Source: an uncultured archaeon
GTDB lineage: Archaea > Nanobdellota > Nanobdellia > Pacearchaeales > GW2011-AR1
Length of the DNA: 64,000 nucleotides
Assembly (NCBI GenBank): GCA_902385625.1
Contig: CABMGE010000007.1
Coordinates: forward strand, 1,565 to 65,564
Direction of reading: 5' to 3'
Shown here: one piece after another, positions 30,381-38,018 of the stretch
Position numbering within the stretch: position 1 is the stretch's first letter
How the letters are laid out: every line of letters begins with the position of its first letter
Made by a program: the position numbers and the translations under genes
Notes under the pieces: model-generated
What the model was told of the DNA's origin: nothing
Databases searched by the model: none
The model's input: the letters and a program-made list of their open reading frames with translations, nothing else

Positions 30381-31346
30381 TTAAAGAATCCAGTTAAAAA
30401 GATATCCTGTAAAAATAATTCCGGCTGTAACAATTGCCACATAAATAATCAAAAGCCTTATTTTCAAAACTTTTCTGAGTATTATTATTTCAGGCAGTGA
30501 TAATGCAACAACCGCCATCATAAATGCAAGCGCAGTACCCAGAGGAAGACCTTTTTCAATTAACGAACTTATAATAGGTATAATTCCCGCAGCATTAGAA
30601 TAAAGAGGCACACCAATTAAAACTGCAATGGGTACGGCAAACCAATTACCTTTTCCGGCTATTTTGGTGAGAAGATTTTCCGGAGCATAGCCATGAATAA
30701 AAGCTCCGATAGCAATACCTATTAAAACATAAGGGAAGACCCTTCTAATTATTGATTTAACTTCTTGATATGCTTCTTTAGCTCTTTCTTTTTGTGTTTT
30801 CTTTTCCAATTTTAAATTTTTTTTGATTTTGATCTTATAAACATAATCTTCAACATACTTTTCTAAATGCATTTTTCCAAGTATAAATCCTGCAAAAACT
30901 GAAATTATCCATCCTGAAGCAATATATAAAAGAGCAACTTTCCAGCCAAATAATCCCCAGAGAAGAGCTGCTGCAACTTCGTTGATTAAGGGAGCAGCGA
31001 TAAGATATGAGAAGGTTACTCCTAATGGAACTCCGGATTCAACAAAGCCAATAAATAAAGGGACTGCTGAACATGAACAAAAGGGGGTAAATATTCCAAT
31101 AGTTGAAGCAGTCATATTTCCGAAAATCTCAAATTTTTTTGAAAGAATCTTTTTAACTTTTTCAGGAGCCAAATATGTTCTGATGTAAGAAACTATAAAA
31201 ATAATAACTGCAAGTAGAATAAATATCTTAATGCTGTCATAAATAAAAAAGTTTATTGCTTCTCCTAATATGCTTACTTGTTTTAAACTAAATATAGAAT
31301 AAACTAACCAATTTACAAATATCTGAACAGGGTAGAATAAATCCAT
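30381..31346 (-). CDS. DUF318/ArsP-family permease
   Basis: TPFCSCSAVP, GVPLYSN, ALSLPE. Confidence 0.9.
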   Translation of the reverse strand: MDLFYPVQIFVNWLVYSIFSLKQVSILGEAINFFIYDSIKIFILLAVIIFIVSYIRTYLAPEKVKKILSKKFEIFGNMTASTIGIFTPFCSCSAVPLFIGFVESGVPLGVTFSYLIAAPLINEVAAALLWGLFGWKVALLYIASGWIISVFAGFILGKMHLEKYVEDYVYKIKIKKNLKLEKKTQKERAKEAYQEVKSIIRRVFPYVLIGIAIGAFIHGYAPENLLTKIAGKGNWFAVPIAVLIGVPLYSNAAGIIPIISSLIEKGLPLGTALAFMMAVVALSLPEIIILRKVLKIRLLIIYVAIVTAGIIFTGYLFNWIL

Positions 31347-31347
31347 T

Positions 31348-31593
31348 TTATGTAAATTTTCTTGGTTTTAATAGCCTCTTTATTTCTTCTGAAGTCAATA
31401 CCTTACCGTACGAAACTACTTTTTCATCGATTACCAACGCAGGTGTAGACATTACACCATATTCCATTATCTTTGCTATGTCTGTAACTTTCTCTATATT
31501 TACTTTTATCTTCTTTTCATTAACTGCTTTTTTTACATTTGCCTCAAGAATTTTGCAGTTTGGGCACCCAGATCCTAAAACTTTAATTCTCAT
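31348..31593 (-). CDS. small thioredoxin-like redox-active disulfide protein
   Basis: IKVLGSGCPNC...YGVMSTPALVID. Confidence 0.9.
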   Translation of the reverse strand: MRIKVLGSGCPNCKILEANVKKAVNEKKIKVNIEKVTDIAKIMEYGVMSTPALVIDEKVVSYGKVLTSEEIKRLLKPRKFT

Positions 31594-31868
31594 TTCTTCT
31601 CATCCAATAATTTAATTAGTTTAGATATACGAATATCATTAATTTTATAAAAAATCTTTTTTCCTTCCCTTCTTGACCTAAGAACTCCTGCTTTTTCTAA
31701 ATTTCCCAAATGAATCGAAACAGTTGATTGAGTTCTTTTTACATGAGGGAATATTTCACATACACATTTTTCTCCGTCTACAAGAAATTTAACAATTCTT
31801 AGTCTTGTTTCATCTGCTAATGATTTTAAGATGTCTATTTCTGCCATTAACATATTGATATATATCAA
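31590..31868 (-). CDS. ArsR/SmtB family transcriptional regulator
   Basis: LADETRLRI, EKCVCE, QSTVSIHL, RREG. Confidence 0.92.
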   Translation of the reverse strand: MIYINMLMAEIDILKSLADETRLRIVKFLVDGEKCVCEIFPHVKRTQSTVSIHLGNLEKAGVLRSRREGKKIFYKINDIRISKLIKLLDEKK

Positions 31869-31976
31869 TATATAAATATTTGGGTATATATCTAAAAGCT
31901 GTTCTGTTCAGAGTTTATTCATGGATTAATTTTAAGTTATCAAATAATTTATAAATCTCTTATTTTTCTTGACTTT

Positions 31977-32384
31977 ATGAAAAAGAAAATAATTATTTTA
32001 GGCATATTACTAGTTTTAATATTTTCAGTATTAATAGGCCTTTTTATTACAATTCAAGAAACTAGTAAAAATGAAATTCGTGAAGAAGATAATGAGGACA
32101 TAGAAATTAGTTTTAGGAATTTAGTTGAAACTGCTTATCCTGATTTTAAAGATTTTGAAAACCAAGAAAGTTTTGCAGGAAAAAAAGTTAAATTTGAGAA
32201 CTTAGATGGAGATAGATATTATGTATATATGGTTTTAGGAAGTGGTTTACCAATTGCAGAAGCTACTTGTTTTCGAGTTGATCGCGCTGGCAGAGTATTT
32301 AAAATCGGAGTATTCCCAGATTTTCTTGACTCATATTTAGGCTACCGCGACATTGATCCAAAAAATTGCAAGGGAATAAAATAA
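31977..32384 (+). CDS. membrane-anchored hypothetical protein
   Basis: N-terminal TM helix, two Cys. Confidence 0.65.
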   Translation: MKKKIIILGILLVLIFSVLIGLFITIQETSKNEIREEDNEDIEISFRNLVETAYPDFKDFENQESFAGKKVKFENLDGDRYYVYMVLGSGLPIAEATCFRVDRAGRVFKIGVFPDFLDSYLGYRDIDPKNCKGIK

Positions 32385-32392
32385 TAAGACTA

Positions 32393-32803
32393 TTATCTCT
32401 TTTTCCCACAACTATTACAATAACCTTTATGAACACAGATAATGCCTTGGCATTTAGAACAAGTCCATTTTATAGCCTCATTTTTAACAAATTTCCTGAT
32501 TCCTGATGATTTGATATTTTCAAGATTTTCAATCATGCTCATATTATATTTGGTCCTATACCTTTTATCCAAATGTTTTAACTTATCGCAGGGAAAAATT
32601 TTACATTCAAAACAAAACCTTGCCTTTCCTTTTTGAAAAACTTTACAATTTTTAATTTTGCAATTCAAGCAACTTTTAGACTTATTGTTATTTTCTTGCC
32701 TGCAACCAGGACATTTATTTTTCTCTCTTAAATAAGCCATGCAAATGCCACAATCCATTCCACAAGGGGCAATGAGTTTTGAATTAAAATTTGTCTTATT
32801 CAT
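32393..32803 (-). CDS. DUF3795-like Cys-rich protein
   Basis: IAPCGMDCGIC, CPGC, FCFEC..FPC. Confidence 0.85.
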   Translation of the reverse strand: MNKTNFNSKLIAPCGMDCGICMAYLREKNKCPGCRQENNNKSKSCLNCKIKNCKVFQKGKARFCFECKIFPCDKLKHLDKRYRTKYNMSMIENLENIKSSGIRKFVKNEAIKWTCSKCQGIICVHKGYCNSCGKKR

Positions 32804-32854
32804 TATTTTAGAAGCATATTAAGGTATAAATGTTTTACTTTACAAAATCAAATC

Positions 32855-33796
32855 TTAATTTGCTTTCTTTTCATATGAAGCATCAATATATCCTTCTTTT
32901 TCATAAGAATCCATAAAACCTTGATATAAATTTTCAGTTGTCTCTTCAGGACCAGGGTCTCCTCTGAGTTTTAAGCATGCGAAATGCAATGTTTTAAAGA
33001 GAAGTCCATCAATTTCTGCTTGTCTTTTGAAATATCCTGCAATTTCTGAGGTTTGTTTTTTTGAAAGCTTAGGTTCTTCCCAATTTGCAACAAGCCATGA
33101 CCAGTCACCCTTAAACCCTCTTTTTAATTGATTCCAGGCCTTATCAGTATAATAACTATGGATACTATTTCTTGTATCTGAGAGCTTAAGTAAAGTTCCT
33201 TCTCGATTAAGGTATTTGCAACATTTTTTAAACATTTCATCCAAAGATTTTGCTCGCATATCCATTTGAATCGCAATATTTGCAGCAACTTCAATATGAG
33301 GAATTATATCTTTATCAAAATATTTAAGTTTTAAATCTCCTGTTTGTTTAAAATGTATATAATGATCTTCATGTTCACGAACTACTACATCTAATGGATT
33401 TTCTGTTGTGAATGCTCTTTTGAATAAACTTCTTTTATCTTGATAAGTTCCAACAGCATAAGCAATTGACTCCGCATCATAGAAATCCAAAACCATTGGT
33501 TTTGATTTTTTGTTAAAAATCGCTTCAAAACCCTTGGAAACATTTTCGAGTGTTACTTTAATTTTAGGGTCATCAATTTTTTCTAGAATTCCCTTGATAT
33601 TATTCAGCGGCTCAACAACATTTTTCTTTTTTTGCCTACTGAGTTCATAATTCGCGTGGTTTGCATGATCCACATAATCAATCATGGTTTCAACTAAATT
33701 CCTAACTTCGGTTTCAGTTCCAAGACTTTTAACTAAATCATCTTTTCTTAGTCCTGAATAAAACAAAATTTTTGCATTATCAAATGTTGTTTCCAT
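32855..33796 (-). CDS. hypothetical protein
   Basis: 313 aa ORF, no motif recognised. Confidence 0.7.
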   Translation of the reverse strand: METTFDNAKILFYSGLRKDDLVKSLGTETEVRNLVETMIDYVDHANHANYELSRQKKKNVVEPLNNIKGILEKIDDPKIKVTLENVSKGFEAIFNKKSKPMVLDFYDAESIAYAVGTYQDKRSLFKRAFTTENPLDVVVREHEDHYIHFKQTGDLKLKYFDKDIIPHIEVAANIAIQMDMRAKSLDEMFKKCCKYLNREGTLLKLSDTRNSIHSYYTDKAWNQLKRGFKGDWSWLVANWEEPKLSKKQTSEIAGYFKRQAEIDGLLFKTLHFACLKLRGDPGPEETTENLYQGFMDSYEKEGYIDASYEKKAN

Positions 33797-33909
33797 AATA
33801 GATTTAAAATCTTAAAATATAACCCTTTATAATTATTGCCATTCAAAAACAATTTGGTCGCCAAAATAAAACAACATTCTTTTTTATATTTTAGAGACTA
33901 ATTATATAA

Positions 33910-34059
33910 ATGAAAACTAAATTTTCTTGCGATGATGGATTTATGGTTGAAGGAGAAGAGAATGAAGTACGCTTAGCTGCGTATATTCATATGGCAATGA
34001 ATCATCCTGAACTTGGAATAAGTCAGGACGATATGAAACAACATATGCAGAATATGTAA
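33910..34059 (+). CDS. 49-aa DUF1059-like small metal-binding protein (not in ORF track)
   Basis: Manual translation MKTKFSCDDGFMVEGEENEVRLAAYIHMAMNHPELGISQDDMKQHMQNM. Confidence 0.55.
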   Translation: MKTKFSCDDGFMVEGEENEVRLAAYIHMAMNHPELGISQDDMKQHMQNM

Positions 34060-34245
34060 TTCTCCTAAATTAATAATTAAATCAATATATGGAAAAGCAG
34101 ATATTTGTCCAGATAGTTTATACTTTTTCTGCAAAAACCTGATAGTTGTCAATTAAAAAACTACTAGATTTTATATATTTTATTCTCTATAATATATGCA
34201 TTATTTTTATTTAGATTTTTATTTTCAAGCTTAGAATCGCGGATT

Positions 34246-34300
34246 AATTGTCTGTTAAAAACTACAATATTTTATATATTTCTTTTACTTAAAAGATATA
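34246..34300 (+). promoter_or_regulatory. cassette promoter, copy 0 (attgt-N13-acaat inverted repeat plus TATA)
   Basis: aattgtc..ttaaaaactacaatattttatatatttc, shared with 34576, 35371 and 36380. Confidence 0.7.
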
Positions 34301-34530
34301 TCTTCTTGGTAAGTTTTTTTTGCGTTATAAATTCCAGATGTGACTTCTTAAATGATTACCAAGAAAATTCTAAATAGACATATGGGAGTAATTAAGATAT
34401 AAACACTGCCATTTAATCTACTCGCGGCAGTTCGCAATTGATACTCCCTATGCGTCAAAAGCCGAGATAAAAAGTTTTGGATTGGGTTGCTGTAATTTGC
34501 ATTTTAACCTCAAGGGAAGCAACCCAATTT
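34297..34530 (+). ncRNA. putative structured non-coding RNA (ORF-less member of the peptide cassette family)
   Basis: Hairpins ttcttggtaa/ttaccaagaa, cata-t-gggagta/tactccctatg with inner actgcc/ggcagt, and attgggttgct/agcaacccaat; the ATG at the SD-equivalent position opens only 6 codons. Confidence 0.5.
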
Positions 34531-34575
34531 TAATTTAAAGAATTATATTTCATATAAAGTATAAAAAAAGTTAAA

Positions 34576-34743
34576 AATTGTCTTCTTAAAAACTACAATA
34601 TTTTATATATTTCATTTCATTATATAATACATCTTCTTGGTACCTTAAGTTATTCTTTTATCAATTTTAGATTTGACTTCTTTTAAGCTGTTACTTCTCT
34701 AGATTACCAAGAAAATTCTAAATAAACACACAGGAGGTAAAAA
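34576..34743 (+). promoter_or_regulatory. cassette promoter, 5' hairpin and SD, copy 1
   Basis: Conserved block ending taaataaacacacaggaggtaaaaa-ATG. Confidence 0.8.
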
Positions 34744-35193
34744 ATGAGAACTGAAATTTTATCAATGGTTCTACTTGCAAGTATACTACTTATGAGTGTA
34801 CTTGGCACTAGTATGATATCTGCTCTAGGAACTAGTGACTATAACGTAGGGGTTGGTGGCGCAGGTGCTCCTAGTTATTCTAGCGAGTCTGTGCAAAGTG
34901 CTAGTCAACAAAGTACAAGCATTGCAAGTCAACCAATGCAAAGTCCATATGAGGGCAGTCAACCTATGGAAAATCCATGTGATCAAGGAATGCAGCAAAC
35001 CCCTAATCAAGGAGTTCAACTGAGTCCTAATCAAGGAATTCAAATGAGTCCTAATTTAGGAGTTGGACAGCAAAGTCCTTATGATTCAGGAATGCAACAG
35101 AGTCCTTATGATCAGGGTATGAATGGTGCTTCTAGTCAAACTACCAGCAGCACATACTACTCTTATTCTAGTCAAAGCCAAAGCGCTTATTAG
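34744..35193 (+). CDS. secreted low-complexity protein, Gln/Ser/Pro-rich core
   Basis: 27-aa leader ending MISA; QSPY/SPNQG repeats; strong SD. Confidence 0.85.
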   Translation: MRTEILSMVLLASILLMSVLGTSMISALGTSDYNVGVGGAGAPSYSSESVQSASQQSTSIASQPMQSPYEGSQPMENPCDQGMQQTPNQGVQLSPNQGIQMSPNLGVGQQSPYDSGMQQSPYDQGMNGASSQTTSSTYYSYSSQSQSAY

Positions 35194-35210
35194 ATAAGTG
35201 GCTGATTTAA

Positions 35211-35252
35211 TGGGTTGCTGTAATTTGCATTTTAACATAAAAAAGCAACCCA
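35211..35252 (+). terminator. conserved 3' hairpin tgggttgct/agcaaccca
   Basis: Same stem at 34481-34528, 36276-36317 and 36908-36950. Confidence 0.65.
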
Positions 35253-35370
35253 ATTTTAATTTAAAAAATATATCTTATAGGAAGTATAAAATAGATAGAA
35301 AGTTATTTTCAAGTGAAGTGAATTCATCAAAAATAATAAGATTTTTATTTAGACAGAATGATTATAATCG

Positions 35371-35521
35371 AATTGTCTTCTTAAAAACTACTCTATTTTA
35401 TATATTTCATTTCATTATATAATACATCTTCTTGGTAAGTTTTCCGTTATAAAATTTTTAGATTTGACTTCTTTTATGCATTACCAAGAAAATTCTAAAT
35501 AAACACACAGGAGGTAAAAAA
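35371..35521 (+). promoter_or_regulatory. cassette promoter, 5' hairpin and SD, copy 2
   Basis: Near-identical to 36380-36529. Confidence 0.8.
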
Positions 35522-35734
35522 ATGAGAATTGTAAATTTTTCAATATTATTACTTGCAAGTCTACTTGCGATAGGTTCAATAAACATTGCAAGTGTTTCTG
35601 CAGGATATAATTATGGAAACTATGGACATGGAGGCTATGGAGGACATGGTTATTATCCGGGTCATTATGGAGGATATGGACATGGAGGCTATGGAGGACA
35701 TGGCTATAGTGGTTATGGACACGGTTATAGATAA
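35522..35734 (+). CDS. secreted Gly/Tyr/His-rich peptide
   Basis: 27-aa leader ending SVSA; GHGGYG repeats; strong SD. Confidence 0.85.
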   Translation: MRIVNFSILLLASLLAIGSINIASVSAGYNYGNYGHGGYGGHGYYPGHYGGYGHGGYGGHGYSGYGHGYR

Positions 35735-35841
35735 AAAGAGAATAATAGTTTCCTTAATTCTAAAATTAAGCTGTATGAAAAATATTTTTTTATATAATGC
35801 AGCTTAATTTTTAAAAATCATTATATTCATTGGCTTAAAGA

Positions 35842-35934
35842 TTCTTGGTAAAAGTTTTTTCTTTAGGAGATTAACTTTTTTTAAGCCATTTTTTAGACAT
35901 CAAGAAAAATTAAATAAACACAGGAGGTAAAAAA
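35842..35934 (+). promoter_or_regulatory. diverged cassette 5' hairpin and SD, copy 3
   Basis: ttcttggta...catcaagaa and taaataaacacaggaggtaaaa retained; upstream promoter block not recognisable. Confidence 0.6.
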
Positions 35935-36222
35935 ATGAGAACTGCAATTTTTTCACTAGTGTTACTTACAAGCATACTGCTACTAGGTACATTTGGCATT
36001 AGCATAGTTTCTGCATATCCTTATGGAGGAATGCATAGCGGATGGGGAGGAATGCATGGTGGCTGGGGCGGACATGGTTTCGGTGATCGAGATGACTTTA
36101 GATTTAGATCATTTGGATTTAGGCCGTCCTTTGATCGCGACGACTTTAGATTTAGATCATTTGGATTTAACCCATTCTTTGATCGAGATGACTTTGCATA
36201 CAGACCTTATTGGGGTTGGTAA
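35935..36222 (+). CDS. secreted Gly/aromatic/Arg-Asp-rich peptide
   Basis: 27-aa leader ending IVSA; GGMH.GW and DRDDFRFRSFGF repeats. Confidence 0.85.
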   Translation: MRTAIFSLVLLTSILLLGTFGISIVSAYPYGGMHSGWGGMHGGWGGHGFGDRDDFRFRSFGFRPSFDRDDFRFRSFGFNPFFDRDDFAYRPYWGW

Positions 36223-36275
36223 TATTAATCCCACAAACCAGGTTAGTATATAATTAACTAGTTGATTAAACCTAA

Positions 36276-36317
36276 TTGGGTTGTTATTTTAATTCATTTA
36301 AGATTTGAGCAACCCAA
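36276..36317 (+). terminator. conserved 3' hairpin
   Basis: ttgggttgtt...agcaacccaa. Confidence 0.6.
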
Positions 36318-36379
36318 ATTTATATTTTAGAACTCGCAAGTTTTTACAAAAGCATAATACTTTATCAAATAAAGTAATA

Positions 36380-36529
36380 AATTGTCTTCTTAAAAACTAC
36401 AATATTTTATATATTTCATTTTCTTATATAATACATCTTCTTGGTAAGTTTTCCGTTATAAAATTTTAGATTTGACTTCTTTTAGGTATTACCAAGAAAA
36501 TTCTAAATAAACACACAGGAGGTAAAAAA
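36380..36529 (+). promoter_or_regulatory. cassette promoter, 5' hairpin and SD, copy 4
   Basis: Near-identical to 35371-35521. Confidence 0.8.
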
Positions 36530-36769
36530 ATGAGAGCTGCAATTTTTTCAATAGTGCTACTTGCAAGCATATTAATGCTTGGAACATTAAGTGTTGCCAT
36601 GGTTTCTGCTTGGGGAGTATCTTCATATGGAATGTATGGTGGTTATTATCCTTACAGCGGTCTTTATTACAATAATTTCTACAGACCATATGCATGGGGT
36701 AGTTTCTATCGACCATATTATTATAGCAACTTCTATCGCCCATGGGGATGGAATATGTATGGATGGTAG
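36530..36769 (+). CDS. secreted Tyr-rich peptide
   Basis: 27-aa leader ending MVSA; FYRP three times, MYG twice. Confidence 0.85.
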   Translation: MRAAIFSIVLLASILMLGTLSVAMVSAWGVSSYGMYGGYYPYSGLYYNNFYRPYAWGSFYRPYYYSNFYRPWGWNMYGW

Positions 36770-36907
36770 TATGCCCAATACAATGATGTAAGAACTTTTC
36801 AAAGATAGTTTTAATCTATCTTGAGGTATATATTTTATACTTTCGTATAAAATAGGTAAAAATTACTATCTAAAATGTCATTTTTTACGAAGTAAAAAAT
36901 TATCTTA

Positions 36908-36950
36908 TTGGGTTGCAAGCCTAGTTTGTTTTAAATTTAAAGCAACCCAA
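36908..36950 (+). terminator. conserved 3' hairpin
   Basis: ttgggttgc...gcaacccaa. Confidence 0.6.
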
Positions 36951-36973
36951 ATTTATATTTTAGCAAACCAGGA

Positions 36974-37216
36974 CTAGAACATTCCTTTTATTTTTTCTAA
37001 AACAGATCTTTCTTTTTTTCTTCTCATCCCGTTTATTATTTCAGAAGTAACTGCTCCGGCTATTGCGCCTACTGCAGCAGCGATTATAATTGAGGCATAG
37101 GGATGTTCTTTTATTACATCTTCTGTTTTTTCCTTTACATCACTTAGTCTTTCTTCTGAAGAATTCCAAATATCCTTTGCTTTTTCTTTTAATCCCCTGT
37201 TTTTTTTAGCTGGCAT
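36974..37216 (-). CDS. DUF883 (ElaB/YqjD-like) membrane-anchored protein
   Basis: EDVIKEHPYASIIIAAAVG motif. Confidence 0.8.
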   Translation of the reverse strand: MPAKKNRGLKEKAKDIWNSSEERLSDVKEKTEDVIKEHPYASIIIAAAVGAIAGAVTSEIINGMRRKKERSVLEKIKGMF

Positions 37217-37237
37217 TTTATATATTTATCCTCCCTT

Positions 37238-37525
37238 TTAAACTAATTTTACAATGATTCCAATGATTAGGAACATTATACCCATTATTAAAAATGAAAC
37301 TGATTTACCCAAATGAACATATTCAATTAAGAAAAAAACTGCAGATAAAACCAAAAATAAAATCGAAATAAATATTATAAGAATAGCAATCAGTTCTTTT
37401 ATTATCTGTCTTTTTATTTTATTAATTCTTATTTCAATATTTCTGCATAACTCTTCTTCGAGTTGCTTTAAAAATCTTTGAACACTTGTTGAAAGGCTTT
37501 CTTTGATGTAATCTAGTATTCCCAT
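37238..37525 (-). CDS. YqjE/holin-like two-TM membrane protein
   Basis: Amphipathic N-terminus plus two TM helices, adjacent to DUF883 gene. Confidence 0.55.
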   Translation of the reverse strand: MGILDYIKESLSTSVQRFLKQLEEELCRNIEIRINKIKRQIIKELIAILIIFISILFLVLSAVFFLIEYVHLGKSVSFLIMGIMFLIIGIIVKLV

Positions 37526-37805
37526 TGTTAATTTAATGATTGTCTAATTTTTAAACATCCCTGTTTACTAAAATATATTAATATAATATAGAGATTGGAG
37601 TAATGTTATTGTTAATATTCTTTTTAGATTTATATAAATAATTTGTCTTGTTTTATACAACAAAGATTTAAATTAAATTTTTAATGTATAATTTTATACA
37701 TGAATGTATAAAATTAGATGTGATAACTATTTTATTCGAAATCAATTCGCCTAAAATAGATATTCTCTAGTATTTTTTATATTTTATGTTGACTTCAATC
37801 TTAAA

Positions 37806-38018
37806 ATGGCAAAATATGGAAAAGCTGCTCAAAAAAGTGTAAAAAAAGCAGTACATAAATACAAGAAAGGAAAATTGAAAAGTGGAAAAAGTGGGAAAAA
37901 AGTTAAGAATCGAAAACAAGCTGTTGCAATTGGTCTTTCTGAGGCAAGAAAAAAAGGTGCAAAAGTTCCAACTAAGAAATATATGTCTTTTTTAAATATA
38001 TTTTCTTTTAATCGTTAA
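37806..38018 (+). CDS. DUF6496-like small basic protein
   Basis: GKLKSGKSGKKVKNRKQAVAIGLSEARKKGAKVP. Confidence 0.85.
   Translation: MAKYGKAAQKSVKKAVHKYKKGKLKSGKSGKKVKNRKQAVAIGLSEARKKGAKVPTKKYMSFLNIFSFNR

Noticed and set aside
35198-35422. 74-aa ORF between peptide cassettes
   Set aside because: It runs across the 3' hairpin and the next promoter, has no SD and no protein-like features; likely spurious.
35586-36791. Alternative-frame ORFs (35586, 36023, 36591, 36489 minus) with MEDM-type repeats
   Set aside because: Shadows of the stop-poor repetitive peptide genes; they lack the conserved SD and leader.
34246-36950. CRISPR array or DGR interpretation of the repeats
   Set aside because: Repeats are ~150 nt with promoter and SD features, the intervals are ORFs of variable length, and there is no cas gene, reverse transcriptase or adenine-specific TR/VR pair in the window.
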